Below are positions 37,798 to 47,827 of a stretch of DNA of 64,000 nt, one piece after another. The notes under the pieces are model-generated. The model ran no database searches. It was not told the DNA's origin and worked only from the letters and a program-made list of their open reading frames with translations. The translations under genes were made by a program, and so were the position numbers. Numbering within the stretch: position 1 is the stretch's first letter; each line of letters opens with the position of its first letter. Location of the stretch: the NCBI GenBank assembly GCA_964293305.1, contig CAXYYO010000011.1, positions 1 to 64,000 of the forward strand, read 5' to 3'. This DNA comes from an uncultured bacterium (GTDB taxonomy: Bacteria; Bacteroidota; Bacteroidia; Chitinophagales; Chitinophagaceae).

Positions 37798-40700
37798 TTG
37801 TACATGACCACTACGATGCTTGAAACAGTTGAAATAAACAACGAAGCGTTTTTTAAAATTTCTGATACGGATGCTATGCGCCCATTCTTTATGAGCATTG
37901 TGAGCAATTCGGATCATTGGATGTTTGTATCTAGCAATGGAGGAATTTCCGCAGGAAGAAAAAATCCTGACAATGCATTCTTCCCTTATTATACAGATGA
38001 TAAAATAACCGAGCATGCAGAAAACACAGGCAGCAAAACGATATTTCAAATCAGTAAAGGAGGCACTACCTATTTATGGGAGCCATTTTCCAATCGGGGC
38101 GAAGGCCGTTATGATATTACCAGAAATATTTATCAAAATAAGTGGACAAATAAGGTACTCTTTGAAGAAATAAATCTTGACCTTCATCTTACATTCCAAT
38201 ATGAATGGAACAGTAGTAATCTATTTGGATTTGTAAAACAATCTAGGTTATTTAATAACTCCACTGAAACCATAGATGTAAAATTGGTAGATGGTTTTCA
38301 GAATATCATTCCAGCTGGTGTACCCTGCGATTTACAAACAAAAACCAGTAATCTGGCTGATGCTTATAAACGGTCAGAACTACTGCCAGCATTGGGTATT
38401 GGCATTTTTGCATTGAGTGCAATCATAGTTGATAAAGCTGAACCAGCAGAAGCACTTAAAGCAAATATTGCATGGAGTGTAGGTTTAGATAATGCGGTTT
38501 ATCTTCTTTCCCCCAACCAACTCAAAGCTTTCAGACAAAATCAAAATATATATCAAGAAGAGGATATAAAAGGAGAGAAGGGAAGCTATTTGGTAGTAAG
38601 TAATTTATCCCTTGAAGCAGGAGTACAAAAGCACTGGATGGTGATTGGTAACCTGAACCAAAATCATTCCGCGTTAGCGGCATTGTCAAACCAAATTTCT
38701 ACTGACAATGATCTGAAACATAAAATACTTGCAGATATTGAAGCGGGTACACATCAGTTAAAACAGTTGACTGGAGCGGCAGACAGTTTTCAATATACCG
38801 CTGATAAACTAAATGATACTAGGCATTTTTCCAATGTATTATTCAATATAATGCGTGGGGGTATCTTTGACAATAATTATCAAATACACAAAAAAGATTT
38901 TTTACAATATCTCCAAAAAGCAAATAAAATAGTATATCAAACTGTACAACCTGAGTTATCAAATCTTGCGGATGAATTTTCACTTTTTGGATTAAAAAAT
39001 ATTGCAGCAGCTTCGTTAAATCCTGATTTTATTAGACTGGCCACAGAATATCTGCCTCTAAAATTTAGCCGCAGACATGGTGACCCAAGTAGACCATGGA
39101 ACCAGTTTTCAATAAATATTAAAAACGAAAATGATGGGTCAGAAATATTAGATTATCAGGGTAATTGGCGAGACCTATTTCAAAATTGGGAGGCACTGGC
39201 CTACTCCTATCCCTCTTTTATTGAAGGCATGATTTCTAAGTTTTTAAATGCCACTACTTTTGAAGGGTATAATCCATATCGTGTTACAAAAGATGGCTTT
39301 GACTGGGAAACGATAGAACCTGATAATCCCTGGAGTTATATTGGCTACTGGGGCGATCATCAAATTATTTATTTATTAAAATTTTTAGAATTTTCAGAAC
39401 AACTGGATGCAGGTTCAATATCAAAAATGTTGGCAAAAAGGAATTTTGTATATGCCAATGTGCCTTATAAAATTAAGGCATATCAAGACATTGTAAAGCA
39501 TCCAAAAGACACTATCGAATTTGATCACCTTAATGAGAAAAATATACATGTAAGGATACAAGCAATGGGAGCAGACGGGGCATTGCTACAAAATCTTTCC
39601 GGTGAAATATATCGGGTAAATTTCCTAGAGAAAATACTGGCAACGCTACTCTCAAAATTATCGAATTTTATACCGGAAGCTGGCATTTGGATGAATACAC
39701 AAAGGCCAGAAGGGAATGATGCCAACAATGCATTAGTGGGCAATGGAGTATCCATGGTTACTCTATGCTATCTCCGAAGATTTTTAAAATTTTTACAGCC
39801 TGTACTTGCCAATATTGCAAAGCAAAATATTCCAATATCAAAAGAGCTTTATACGCTCTTTAATGATCTATCAAATATCTTTTCAAACAACCTAACATTA
39901 CTCTCTGCGCCTATTTCTGATAAGGATAGAAAAATCATAACTGATGCATTGGGTGAAGCAGGAAGTGCATATCGAATCCAGATTTATGAGCATGGTTTTT
40001 CTGCTGAAATGAAGGAAGTATCCGGTGCTGAACTCATTTCACTTGTTAATCATTCAATACAATTTGCAGAGCACACAATAAGAGCTAATAAAAGAAAGGA
40101 TGGTTTATATCATGCCTACAATCTTTTGAGTTTTGATGGAGAAGCAGTTCGCATTGCTTACCTCAGTGAAATGTTAGAAGGGCAGGTGGCTGTGCTAAGT
40201 TCAGGTCTGCTTTCTCCAAAAGAAAATGCTGAAGTATTAGAAGCATTAAAGAATAGTGCATTATACAGAGCAGAGCAAAACAGCTATATCCTATATCCCA
40301 ATAAATCATTACTAAAATTTTCAGAAAGAAATACGATACCCAATACAGCTGTACAAAATTCAGAGCTACTTAAGAAACTATTAAATGACAATAGTACGGC
40401 TATCCTAGAAAAAGATATAAATGGCCAGTATCATTTCAATGGCAATTTTAAAAATGCAGGCGATTTATTGATTGGTTTAAATAGACTAAGTGCAAAATAT
40501 CAATTGCTTGTAGCCAAGGAAAAAAGCATTGTTCTACAAATATTTGAAGACGTTTTCAATCACAAAGAATTTACTGGAAGGTCGGGTACATTCTATGGTT
40601 ATGAAGGCTTGGGTTCTATATACTGGCATATGGTTTCAAAATTGGGAGTGGCGGCTATGGAAGTTTGTTTGCAGGCCATTCAAGATAATGCAGATGGGGA

Positions 40701-41223
40701 GATTGTATCAAAACTCATTGCTCAGTATTATGATGTAAAAGCCGGAATTGGTGTGCACAAATCTCCACAGGTTTTTGGAGCATTTCCTATTACTCCTTAT
40801 TCGCATACGCCTTTTAATAAAGGTGCACAACAACCGGGCATGACTGGTCAGGTAAAAGAAGATATTTTATGCCGCATTGGCGAACTTGGTATAAAACTTA
40901 AAGATGGTTATCTCAAATTTGAACCACGATTATTATTTGCAGCCGAATTTTTGACACCTAAAAGTACCGCTACATTTGTACTTTCTGATGGTAGTATAAA
41001 AGAGATTTCAATGCCAGAAAATAGTTTGGCTTTTTCTATTTGTCAGCTGCCTGTTATCTATACAAAATCCCAACAAAATAAAATAGAAGTACATCATTCA
41101 AATGGTGCCATAGAATCATTTGAAGGTAATACATTGAATGCAGATATCAGTACTAAGATCTTTCAAAGAACTGGAGAAATTATTACACTCATTGTTCACA
41201 TCAATACAGACATTTTGCGATAA
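37798..41223 (+). CDS. large (1141 aa) signal-less, predicted cytoplasmic protein; candidate glycoside phosphorylase (GH94/GH149/GH161-like), function unverified
   Basis: No N-terminal hydrophobic segment is present. It sits inside the β-glucan locus and its stop overlaps the downstream GH17 start (TAATG). No family signature was confidently recognised by eye. Confidence 0.35.
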   Translation: MYMTTTMLETVEINNEAFFKISDTDAMRPFFMSIVSNSDHWMFVSSNGGISAGRKNPDNAFFPYYTDDKITEHAENTGSKTIFQISKGGTTYLWEPFSNRGEGRYDITRNIYQNKWTNKVLFEEINLDLHLTFQYEWNSSNLFGFVKQSRLFNNSTETIDVKLVDGFQNIIPAGVPCDLQTKTSNLADAYKRSELLPALGIGIFALSAIIVDKAEPAEALKANIAWSVGLDNAVYLLSPNQLKAFRQNQNIYQEEDIKGEKGSYLVVSNLSLEAGVQKHWMVIGNLNQNHSALAALSNQISTDNDLKHKILADIEAGTHQLKQLTGAADSFQYTADKLNDTRHFSNVLFNIMRGGIFDNNYQIHKKDFLQYLQKANKIVYQTVQPELSNLADEFSLFGLKNIAAASLNPDFIRLATEYLPLKFSRRHGDPSRPWNQFSINIKNENDGSEILDYQGNWRDLFQNWEALAYSYPSFIEGMISKFLNATTFEGYNPYRVTKDGFDWETIEPDNPWSYIGYWGDHQIIYLLKFLEFSEQLDAGSISKMLAKRNFVYANVPYKIKAYQDIVKHPKDTIEFDHLNEKNIHVRIQAMGADGALLQNLSGEIYRVNFLEKILATLLSKLSNFIPEAGIWMNTQRPEGNDANNALVGNGVSMVTLCYLRRFLKFLQPVLANIAKQNIPISKELYTLFNDLSNIFSNNLTLLSAPISDKDRKIITDALGEAGSAYRIQIYEHGFSAEMKEVSGAELISLVNHSIQFAEHTIRANKRKDGLYHAYNLLSFDGEAVRIAYLSEMLEGQVAVLSSGLLSPKENAEVLEALKNSALYRAEQNSYILYPNKSLLKFSERNTIPNTAVQNSELLKKLLNDNSTAILEKDINGQYHFNGNFKNAGDLLIGLNRLSAKYQLLVAKEKSIVLQIFEDVFNHKEFTGRSGTFYGYEGLGSIYWHMVSKLGVAAMEVCLQAIQDNADGEIVSKLIAQYYDVKAGIGVHKSPQVFGAFPITPYSHTPFNKGAQQPGMTGQVKEDILCRIGELGIKLKDGYLKFEPRLLFAAEFLTPKSTATFVLSDGSIKEISMPENSLAFSICQLPVIYTKSQQNKIEVHHSNGAIESFEGNTLNADISTKIFQRTGEIITLIVHINTDILR

Positions 41224-42473
41224 TGAGCAAACTGTCATCCATCATATTAATTTGCATAATGGCCTGCGCTTGCGGCTATGGTTCAAAGATTGATTCTGTA
41301 GAAAGAACGGCTGCAGAAATTTTGGGCGATAAAAACTATCAAGCAATATGTTATGGAGGATACAGATCCACCACAAGAGATGTAGCCCCAACAGTGGCAG
41401 AAATAAAAGAAGATTTAAAAATATTATCCGCACTAAACTTTAAGATTTTAAGAACATACAATGTCTATTTGCCAGAGATAAATAACCTGCTTCAAGCCAT
41501 TGCGGAGCTAAAAAAAGAAATCTCAAATTTTGAAATGTATGTAATGATGGGTACATGGATTGATTGTAAAAATGCATGGACAAGTGCAGCTCCTATTCAT
41601 ACAGAAGAAAGTGATAAAAACGCAACAGAAATAGCAACAGCTGTACAGTTGGCCAATCAATACCCTGATATTGTAAAAATTATTGCCGTAGGCAATGAAG
41701 CAATGGTAAACTGGGCTACAGGATATTATGTTACTCCAGATATCATCCTAAAATGGGTTACCCATTTACAAACACTGAAACAGGAAAATAAGTTGCCAAA
41801 AGATTTATGGATAACTAGTTCTGACAATTTTGCCTCTTGGGGTGGCGGTGGAAATGAATATCATGTACCTGCATTGGAGGCGCTTGTAAAAGCTGTTGAT
41901 TATATATCTGTGCATACCTACCCCATGCATGATACACATTACAACCCTGCCTTTTGGGGCGTAAAAGTATCTGAGCAAAAGCTTAGTAATAAACAGCAGA
42001 TTGATGCTGCTATGCTGCGTGCAAAATGGTATGCAGTAGCACAATATGACAGTGTAGTATCTTACATAAAGTCAATAGGTGTAGAAAAACCTGTACATAT
42101 TGGAGAAACGGGCTGGGCATCAGTATGTAATGAACTGTATGGTCCAAATGGTTCAATGGCTGTGGATGAATACAAATCTGCACAGTATTATCATTTAATA
42201 AGGGACTGGTCAAATGCAAATAATATAAGTTGTTTTTTCTTTGAAGCTTTTGATGAAAGCTGGAAGAATAGTGCAAATCCAATGCATTCAGAAAATCATT
42301 TTGGTTTAATCAATTTACAATCCGAAGCAAAATATGCTCTTTGGCACCAGGTAGATGCAGGAGCGTTAAAAGGCTTAAGTAGAAATGGCATGCCCATTTC
42401 CAAAACATATAATGGTAATGATACCCTTTTATGGAAAGATGTACTAACGCCAAAAAAAATATTAAATGATTAA
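41223..42473 (+). CDS. GH17 family β-1,3-glucanase/transglycosylase lipoprotein
   Basis: It has a lipoprotein signal (IILICIMACACGYGSK). The GH17 catalytic motifs are IAVGNEAMVNW (acid/base) and HIGETGWAS (nucleophile). Confidence 0.8.
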   Translation: MSKLSSIILICIMACACGYGSKIDSVERTAAEILGDKNYQAICYGGYRSTTRDVAPTVAEIKEDLKILSALNFKILRTYNVYLPEINNLLQAIAELKKEISNFEMYVMMGTWIDCKNAWTSAAPIHTEESDKNATEIATAVQLANQYPDIVKIIAVGNEAMVNWATGYYVTPDIILKWVTHLQTLKQENKLPKDLWITSSDNFASWGGGGNEYHVPALEALVKAVDYISVHTYPMHDTHYNPAFWGVKVSEQKLSNKQQIDAAMLRAKWYAVAQYDSVVSYIKSIGVEKPVHIGETGWASVCNELYGPNGSMAVDEYKSAQYYHLIRDWSNANNISCFFFEAFDESWKNSANPMHSENHFGLINLQSEAKYALWHQVDAGALKGLSRNGMPISKTYNGNDTLLWKDVLTPKKILND

Positions 42474-44019
42474 AATGCTAAAAGTCCAACACTACCATAA
42501 AAAAATTGTATCGTATTTAATTTTTGTGTTTATGATGATCACTACAATTACAAGCTGCACCGGTAATGAAACATTCACAACAGAAGTATATGAAACAGCT
42601 GCAAATGGTAATGCCTTAACGCTAATCACTGATCAATCTTCAAAGGAAGCACCAATAGAAATAACCATAAACCCAGAAGAAAAATATCAAACCATTACAG
42701 GATTTGGTGGTTCGTTTACACAAGCTACTGCTACCCTGCTCAATCAAATGAGTGATACAAATCGTAAAAAAATTTTAGCAGCATATTTTGGTGATGATGG
42801 TGCAAGATATTCATTAACCAGAACCCATATCAACTCCTGCGATTTCTCTACTCACAATTATGCCTATGCTAATGAGCCCGGAGATACTGCACTCAATAGC
42901 TTTTCCATTGATGAGGATAGAAAAGCATTAATCCCAATAATTAAACAAGCTATGAGCCTTTCAACCGAAGGGTTTAAAATAATATCATCACCTTGGTCAG
43001 CACCACCTTGGATGAAAGATAATAATGATTGGAGAGGTGGAAAACTATTGCCACAATACAACAATACATGGGCCAAGTACTTTGCAAAGTATTTAGATGC
43101 CTATAAAAAAGAGGGTATTGATATATGGGGTATCACTGTAGAAAACGAGCCCTTGGGTAATGGAAAGAATTGGGAAAGTATGGATTTTTCTCCTGAGGAA
43201 ATGACAGCATTTGTAAAAGATTTTCTAGGTCCCTATCTCGAAAACAATGGCCATGCCTCCGTAAAGATTTTAGGCTATGATCAAAACCGTGGGGATGCTT
43301 TAAAACAATGGGCAGATGTAATGTATGCTACTGAATCGTCTTCAAAATATTTTTCAGGAATGGCGGTACATTGGTATGCCAGTACTTATGATGTATTTCC
43401 TGAATCATTACAACATACTTATGAAAAAGCCCCACAAAAATATATCATCAATACAGAGGCTTGCATAGATGCCGATGTACCACATTGGAAAGATGACAAT
43501 TGGTATTGGAGCAAGGAAGCCACAGATTGGGGTTGGGATTGGGCAAGTGAAGCAGAAAAATATTTGCATCCAAAGTATGCCCCAGTATTTCGATATGCCA
43601 ATGATATAATCGGGTGTTTAAACAACAGGGTAGATGGATGGATAGATTGGAATATGGTTTTAGATAAACAGGGTGGCCCAAACTGGTTTAAGAACTGGTG
43701 TACAGCTCCTGTAATTGTAGATACAACCACAGATGAAGTTTATTTTACACCACTATTTTATACCCTTTCCCATTTTAGTAAATTCATAAGACCCGGTGCT
43801 GTAAGAATTGGGTTCACAAATCAAGATAGTTCATTACAAGTTACTGCTGCGCAGAATCCGGATGGCTCCATGGCCATTGTACTTTTTAACCCAACAGAAA
43901 ACGATAAAAATTATAATATCACCTTCGGTGAAAAAAAAATAGCTAGCATCATTCACGGAAAAGCAATACAAACCGTAGTCATAAAAAAATCAAATCAAAC
44001 AAGCAATGACAAAAAGTAA
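42466..44019 (+). CDS. GH30 family glycoside hydrolase (β-1,6-glucanase-like) lipoprotein
   Basis: It has the GH30 hallmarks TITGFGGSFT and SPWSAPPWMK, the acid/base ITVENEP and a lipoprotein signal (ITTITSCTG). It overlaps the neighbouring genes by 8 nt and 14 nt. Confidence 0.8.
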   Translation: MIKMLKVQHYHKKIVSYLIFVFMMITTITSCTGNETFTTEVYETAANGNALTLITDQSSKEAPIEITINPEEKYQTITGFGGSFTQATATLLNQMSDTNRKKILAAYFGDDGARYSLTRTHINSCDFSTHNYAYANEPGDTALNSFSIDEDRKALIPIIKQAMSLSTEGFKIISSPWSAPPWMKDNNDWRGGKLLPQYNNTWAKYFAKYLDAYKKEGIDIWGITVENEPLGNGKNWESMDFSPEEMTAFVKDFLGPYLENNGHASVKILGYDQNRGDALKQWADVMYATESSSKYFSGMAVHWYASTYDVFPESLQHTYEKAPQKYIINTEACIDADVPHWKDDNWYWSKEATDWGWDWASEAEKYLHPKYAPVFRYANDIIGCLNNRVDGWIDWNMVLDKQGGPNWFKNWCTAPVIVDTTTDEVYFTPLFYTLSHFSKFIRPGAVRIGFTNQDSSLQVTAAQNPDGSMAIVLFNPTENDKNYNITFGEKKIASIIHGKAIQTVVIKKSNQTSNDKK

Positions 44020-45448
44020 AACAGATCCAAAAGACATTGTGCCTTTTGGGCAGAAAGTAGCTTTTGGTGCCGGCAATCTTACCAATCAACTATTACCGGC
44101 GGCCTTAGGTGTATTTATGTTTTTCTTAGTAGTAGGCTTTGGTATGAATCCTACAAAAGCTGGTATCCTTGCTGCCATACCAAGATTTATTGATGCCATT
44201 CTCGATCCTATCATGGGATATATCTCAGACAATACAAGGTCCAAATGGGGTCGTAGAAAACCTTATATTTTTGGAGGTGCTATCATTACGGGATTGTCTT
44301 TTATACTCATGTGGCAATTAAAAATACCTGTAGAAGGAAATAATAATGAAACGTATAATTTCATTTACTTCCTTATCATGTCTGTGGTTTTTTATTTAGG
44401 GTATACTGTTTTTGCAGCACCATTAATAGGGTTAGGATATGAAATGACACCAGACTATAATGAGCGTACTCGGTTAATGGCCATGAGCCAAATTATGGGT
44501 CAAATAGCATGGATGATTGCACCTTGGTTTTGGTTTCTTATTTCTAGGCCTGAAATATTTCCAAATGCCCCTACAGGTGTAAGACAACTCTCTGTTTGGG
44601 TAGGTGTATTGTGTTTGATAATGGGTATAATGCCAGCTATCTTTTGCAAAGAGGTTGATCAAGCTAATCTACAGGGTCAAACAAAATTATCTATGAAAGA
44701 TTTAGTTGCCAATATGAAACATTTTTTTGGCGACATTAAAAAAACAATCACTAACAAACCATTCTTACGACTATGTGGAGCTACTTTTTTAGTATTTAAT
44801 GGATTTCAAATAGTGGCACAGTTTGCCTTCTTCATCATTATCTTTTATATGTATAATGGAGATCAGGCAGCGGCAGGTCAGTGGCCAGCATGGTTTGGAA
44901 CTGTAAGTGCTTTAGTTACTGCTACTTTGGTTATTCCAATCATCACATACATGTCCACAAAAATTGGTAAGAGAAACGCATTTATTGTTTCTACTATTAT
45001 ATCCATTGTTGGATATTCACTTAAATGGTTTGGATTTTCACCGGGCAATCCTTGGTTAATGTTTATGCCCATACCATTGATGTCATTTGGTATAGGTGGT
45101 TTATTCACTTTAATGATGAGTATGACTGCTGATGTATGTGATTATGATGAATTAAAAAATGGAATGCCACGCAAAGAAGCATTGTTTGGCGCAGTGTACT
45201 GGTGGATGGTTAAATTAGGAACATCATTAGCATTGTTTATAAGTGGAGTGGTACTGAGCAGCGTTGGGTTTGATCAAAACGCCAAAGAACAATCAGCATC
45301 TGCTATAACTGCACTGCGTATGGCTGATGTTATTGTGCCATCAATAGCAGGGCTGCTTGCCATTGTAGTAATGTGGGGATATAATATTTCTGAAAAAAGA
45401 GCCATTGAAATCAGAGAAGAATTAATCATTAGAAGAGGTAAATTATAA
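44006..45448 (+). CDS. GPH family (MFS_2; glycoside-pentoside-hexuronide:cation) symporter
   Basis: The 480-aa ORF has about 12 TM helices. The GPH signature is DPIMGYISDNTRSKWGRRKPYIFGGA (D-x3-R...GRR-P). Confidence 0.8.
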   Translation: MTKSKTDPKDIVPFGQKVAFGAGNLTNQLLPAALGVFMFFLVVGFGMNPTKAGILAAIPRFIDAILDPIMGYISDNTRSKWGRRKPYIFGGAIITGLSFILMWQLKIPVEGNNNETYNFIYFLIMSVVFYLGYTVFAAPLIGLGYEMTPDYNERTRLMAMSQIMGQIAWMIAPWFWFLISRPEIFPNAPTGVRQLSVWVGVLCLIMGIMPAIFCKEVDQANLQGQTKLSMKDLVANMKHFFGDIKKTITNKPFLRLCGATFLVFNGFQIVAQFAFFIIIFYMYNGDQAAAGQWPAWFGTVSALVTATLVIPIITYMSTKIGKRNAFIVSTIISIVGYSLKWFGFSPGNPWLMFMPIPLMSFGIGGLFTLMMSMTADVCDYDELKNGMPRKEALFGAVYWWMVKLGTSLALFISGVVLSSVGFDQNAKEQSASAITALRMADVIVPSIAGLLAIVVMWGYNISEKRAIEIREELIIRRGKL

Positions 45449-45470
45449 ATTTAAAATAAATTTTCAATAC

Positions 45471-47813
45471 ATGTCAAACCATACAGGATCAGTTGCTAAA
45501 GTACCCATGATTCAAAAAATAGCTTTCGGACTTGGCATGCTTGCCAATCAAATGTTTCCGGCAGCTTTGGGCATATTCATGGTAGTGCTGGTAGAAGATT
45601 TAAAATTTCCTGCATGGATGTGGGGTTTCTTATTTTTTGTACCACGCATATTTGATGCTTTTGTAGATCCCATCATGGGTTTTATAACTGACAATACCAA
45701 GTCAAAGTGGGGAAGAAGAAGGCAGTATGTATTTGCTGGTGCCATTCTAATGGGCATTTCATTTATTGCCATGTGGCAGCTATACAGAGAAAATGGTATT
45801 GATTATAATTTCATTTATTTCCTCATCTGGTCTTTTCTGTTTTATTTAGGATTATCAATATTCAGTGTACCTTATGTAGCCATGGGATATGAAATGAGTG
45901 ACGATTTTCATGAGCGCACAAGTATCATGGCCATTTCCCAATGGATTGGTCATTGGGCTTGGGTTATAGCACCTTGGTTTTGGGTGGTTATGTATGATAA
46001 AGGGTGGTTTGTAAATGCCGATACAGCCACAAGAACGCTGGCTATATGGGTAGGTGTGGTTTGTATGCTACTCGCCATGACGCCTGCCTTTTTTATTAAA
46101 AGTAAATCTACATTAAACGAAGAGAGTTATACACCATTAAGTATGAAAACAATTGGTGGTAGTCTCAAAGAAATATTTGAAAGTTTTAAAGAAGCATTCA
46201 AGCTTAAAGCATTTAGAAAACTCTGTATAGCTACATTTTTTATCTTCAATGCATTCAACACAGTAGCAGGGTTTACTTTCTTCATTGTTGTATATCATTT
46301 GTTTGGCGGCAAAGCAGAAGATGCGGGTATCTGGCCTACATTATTTGGTAGTGTGGGTGCATTGGTTACTACATTTATTGTTATTCCAATAGTCTCTTTT
46401 ATTTCAAAGAAAATGGGTAAAAAATCTGCGTTCTTGTTATGTCAGGGCATATCCATTCTTGGTTATATTATGTTGTGGTTTTTCTTTATCCCGGGCAAGC
46501 CATATATGTTTCTTTTTGCATTACCATTTTTCTCTTTTGGCATAGGAAGTTTATTTACTTTGATGATGAGTATGACCGCAGATGTATGCGATATGGATGA
46601 ACTTTCATCAGGAAAAAGAAGGGAAGGAATTTTTGGTGCTATCTATTGGTGGATGGTGAAATTTGGGTTTGCCATTGCAGGTTTATTAACCGGAGTTATT
46701 ATGTCTGGGGTTGGCTTTGTGCCGGGTGCAGACACACAGGCAGATGGCGCTATTACAGGGCTACGATTATTTTTCTCAGGCATACCCATTGCAGGTACAT
46801 TAATAGCCATGTGGGTAATGCGAAATTATGATTTGAATGAAGAAAAAGCTAGAGAAATAAAAGCAGAATTAGATAGAAGAAAAGCTAGTCCAAAAATATC
46901 TTCTGGATACCAGGCCGGAAATTTGTGGCAGAGAGCAAGCCATCTTCAACTGCCTCATTTTACAGGAGCCCCCTTACAGCAAATGACTGAAGATAAAATT
47001 AAAGAAATGTTTGCCTTTCAACTAAAAAAAGGAGTACATGGTCTATGTTTTAGTCCTTATCTTGAAGGTCAAGATGCAGGGGATATATTGATTGAATCAG
47101 AAACAAAAGCAAGGGTGGAAATTGTGGCGCCTCATACCCAGTGGGTCCGTTCTTTCTCAACTACAGCAGGTCATGAAATCATTCCATCATTTGCAAAAGA
47201 AAAAGGACTGAAAACAGTAGCCGGGGCATGGATAAGTAATGATAAATTGCAAAATGAAAAAGAAATTGCAAACCTTATACAACTTGCAAAAGCGGGTAAA
47301 GTTGATATAGCAACAGTAGGCAATGAAGTTTTGCTGCGCAATGAATTAAATACAGCTGATCTTGTAGCATATATTAACAAGGTAAAGGAAGCAGTACATC
47401 CGGTGCCGGTTAGTTATGTTGATGCCTATTTTCAATGGATAGAACATCCGGAGTTGATAGATGCTTGCGATATGGTGATGATAAATTGCTATCCATTCTG
47501 GGAGGGTTCATCAATCGAAAATAGCTTGGATGATTTACGAAAAATGTATTTACTGATGAAGCAATCTGCTCCAAATAAAAAAGTTATTATTGCAGAAACC
47601 GGATGGCCAAGTGAAGGGGATAATATAAATAATGCAACACCCTCTACGCTGAATGCTCAAAAATATTTTCTAGCAGTACAGGAATGGGCTATCAAAGAAA
47701 ATATTGAGCTCTTCTATTTTTCATCTTTTGATGAAACATGGAAAATAAAACAAGAAGGAGCATTGGGAGCTAGATGGGGCATTTGGAATAAGGATGAAAA
47801 ATTAAAATATTAA
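45471..47813 (+). CDS. GPH family symporter (aa ~1-470) fused in frame to a C-terminal GH17 domain (aa ~490-780)
   Basis: The N-terminal half has ~12 TM helices and the signature DPIMGFITDNTKSKWGRRRQYVFAGA. The C-terminal half has the GH17 motifs ATVGNEVLLRN and IIAETGWPSEGD. It is closely paralogous to 47828-48724, and both end ...WGIW(N/D)K.E.LKY. Confidence 0.75.
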   Translation: MSNHTGSVAKVPMIQKIAFGLGMLANQMFPAALGIFMVVLVEDLKFPAWMWGFLFFVPRIFDAFVDPIMGFITDNTKSKWGRRRQYVFAGAILMGISFIAMWQLYRENGIDYNFIYFLIWSFLFYLGLSIFSVPYVAMGYEMSDDFHERTSIMAISQWIGHWAWVIAPWFWVVMYDKGWFVNADTATRTLAIWVGVVCMLLAMTPAFFIKSKSTLNEESYTPLSMKTIGGSLKEIFESFKEAFKLKAFRKLCIATFFIFNAFNTVAGFTFFIVVYHLFGGKAEDAGIWPTLFGSVGALVTTFIVIPIVSFISKKMGKKSAFLLCQGISILGYIMLWFFFIPGKPYMFLFALPFFSFGIGSLFTLMMSMTADVCDMDELSSGKRREGIFGAIYWWMVKFGFAIAGLLTGVIMSGVGFVPGADTQADGAITGLRLFFSGIPIAGTLIAMWVMRNYDLNEEKAREIKAELDRRKASPKISSGYQAGNLWQRASHLQLPHFTGAPLQQMTEDKIKEMFAFQLKKGVHGLCFSPYLEGQDAGDILIESETKARVEIVAPHTQWVRSFSTTAGHEIIPSFAKEKGLKTVAGAWISNDKLQNEKEIANLIQLAKAGKVDIATVGNEVLLRNELNTADLVAYINKVKEAVHPVPVSYVDAYFQWIEHPELIDACDMVMINCYPFWEGSSIENSLDDLRKMYLLMKQSAPNKKVIIAETGWPSEGDNINNATPSTLNAQKYFLAVQEWAIKENIELFYFSSFDETWKIKQEGALGARWGIWNKDEKLKY

Positions 47814-47827
47814 ATCAACACATATAT

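Noticed and set aside
37732-38049. The 105-aa minus-strand ORF spanning the GH16/large-protein intergenic region
   Set aside because: It is antisense to the start of the 1141-aa gene and the surrounding regulatory region, is Cys-rich and low-complexity, and lies in a one-directional plus-strand operon.
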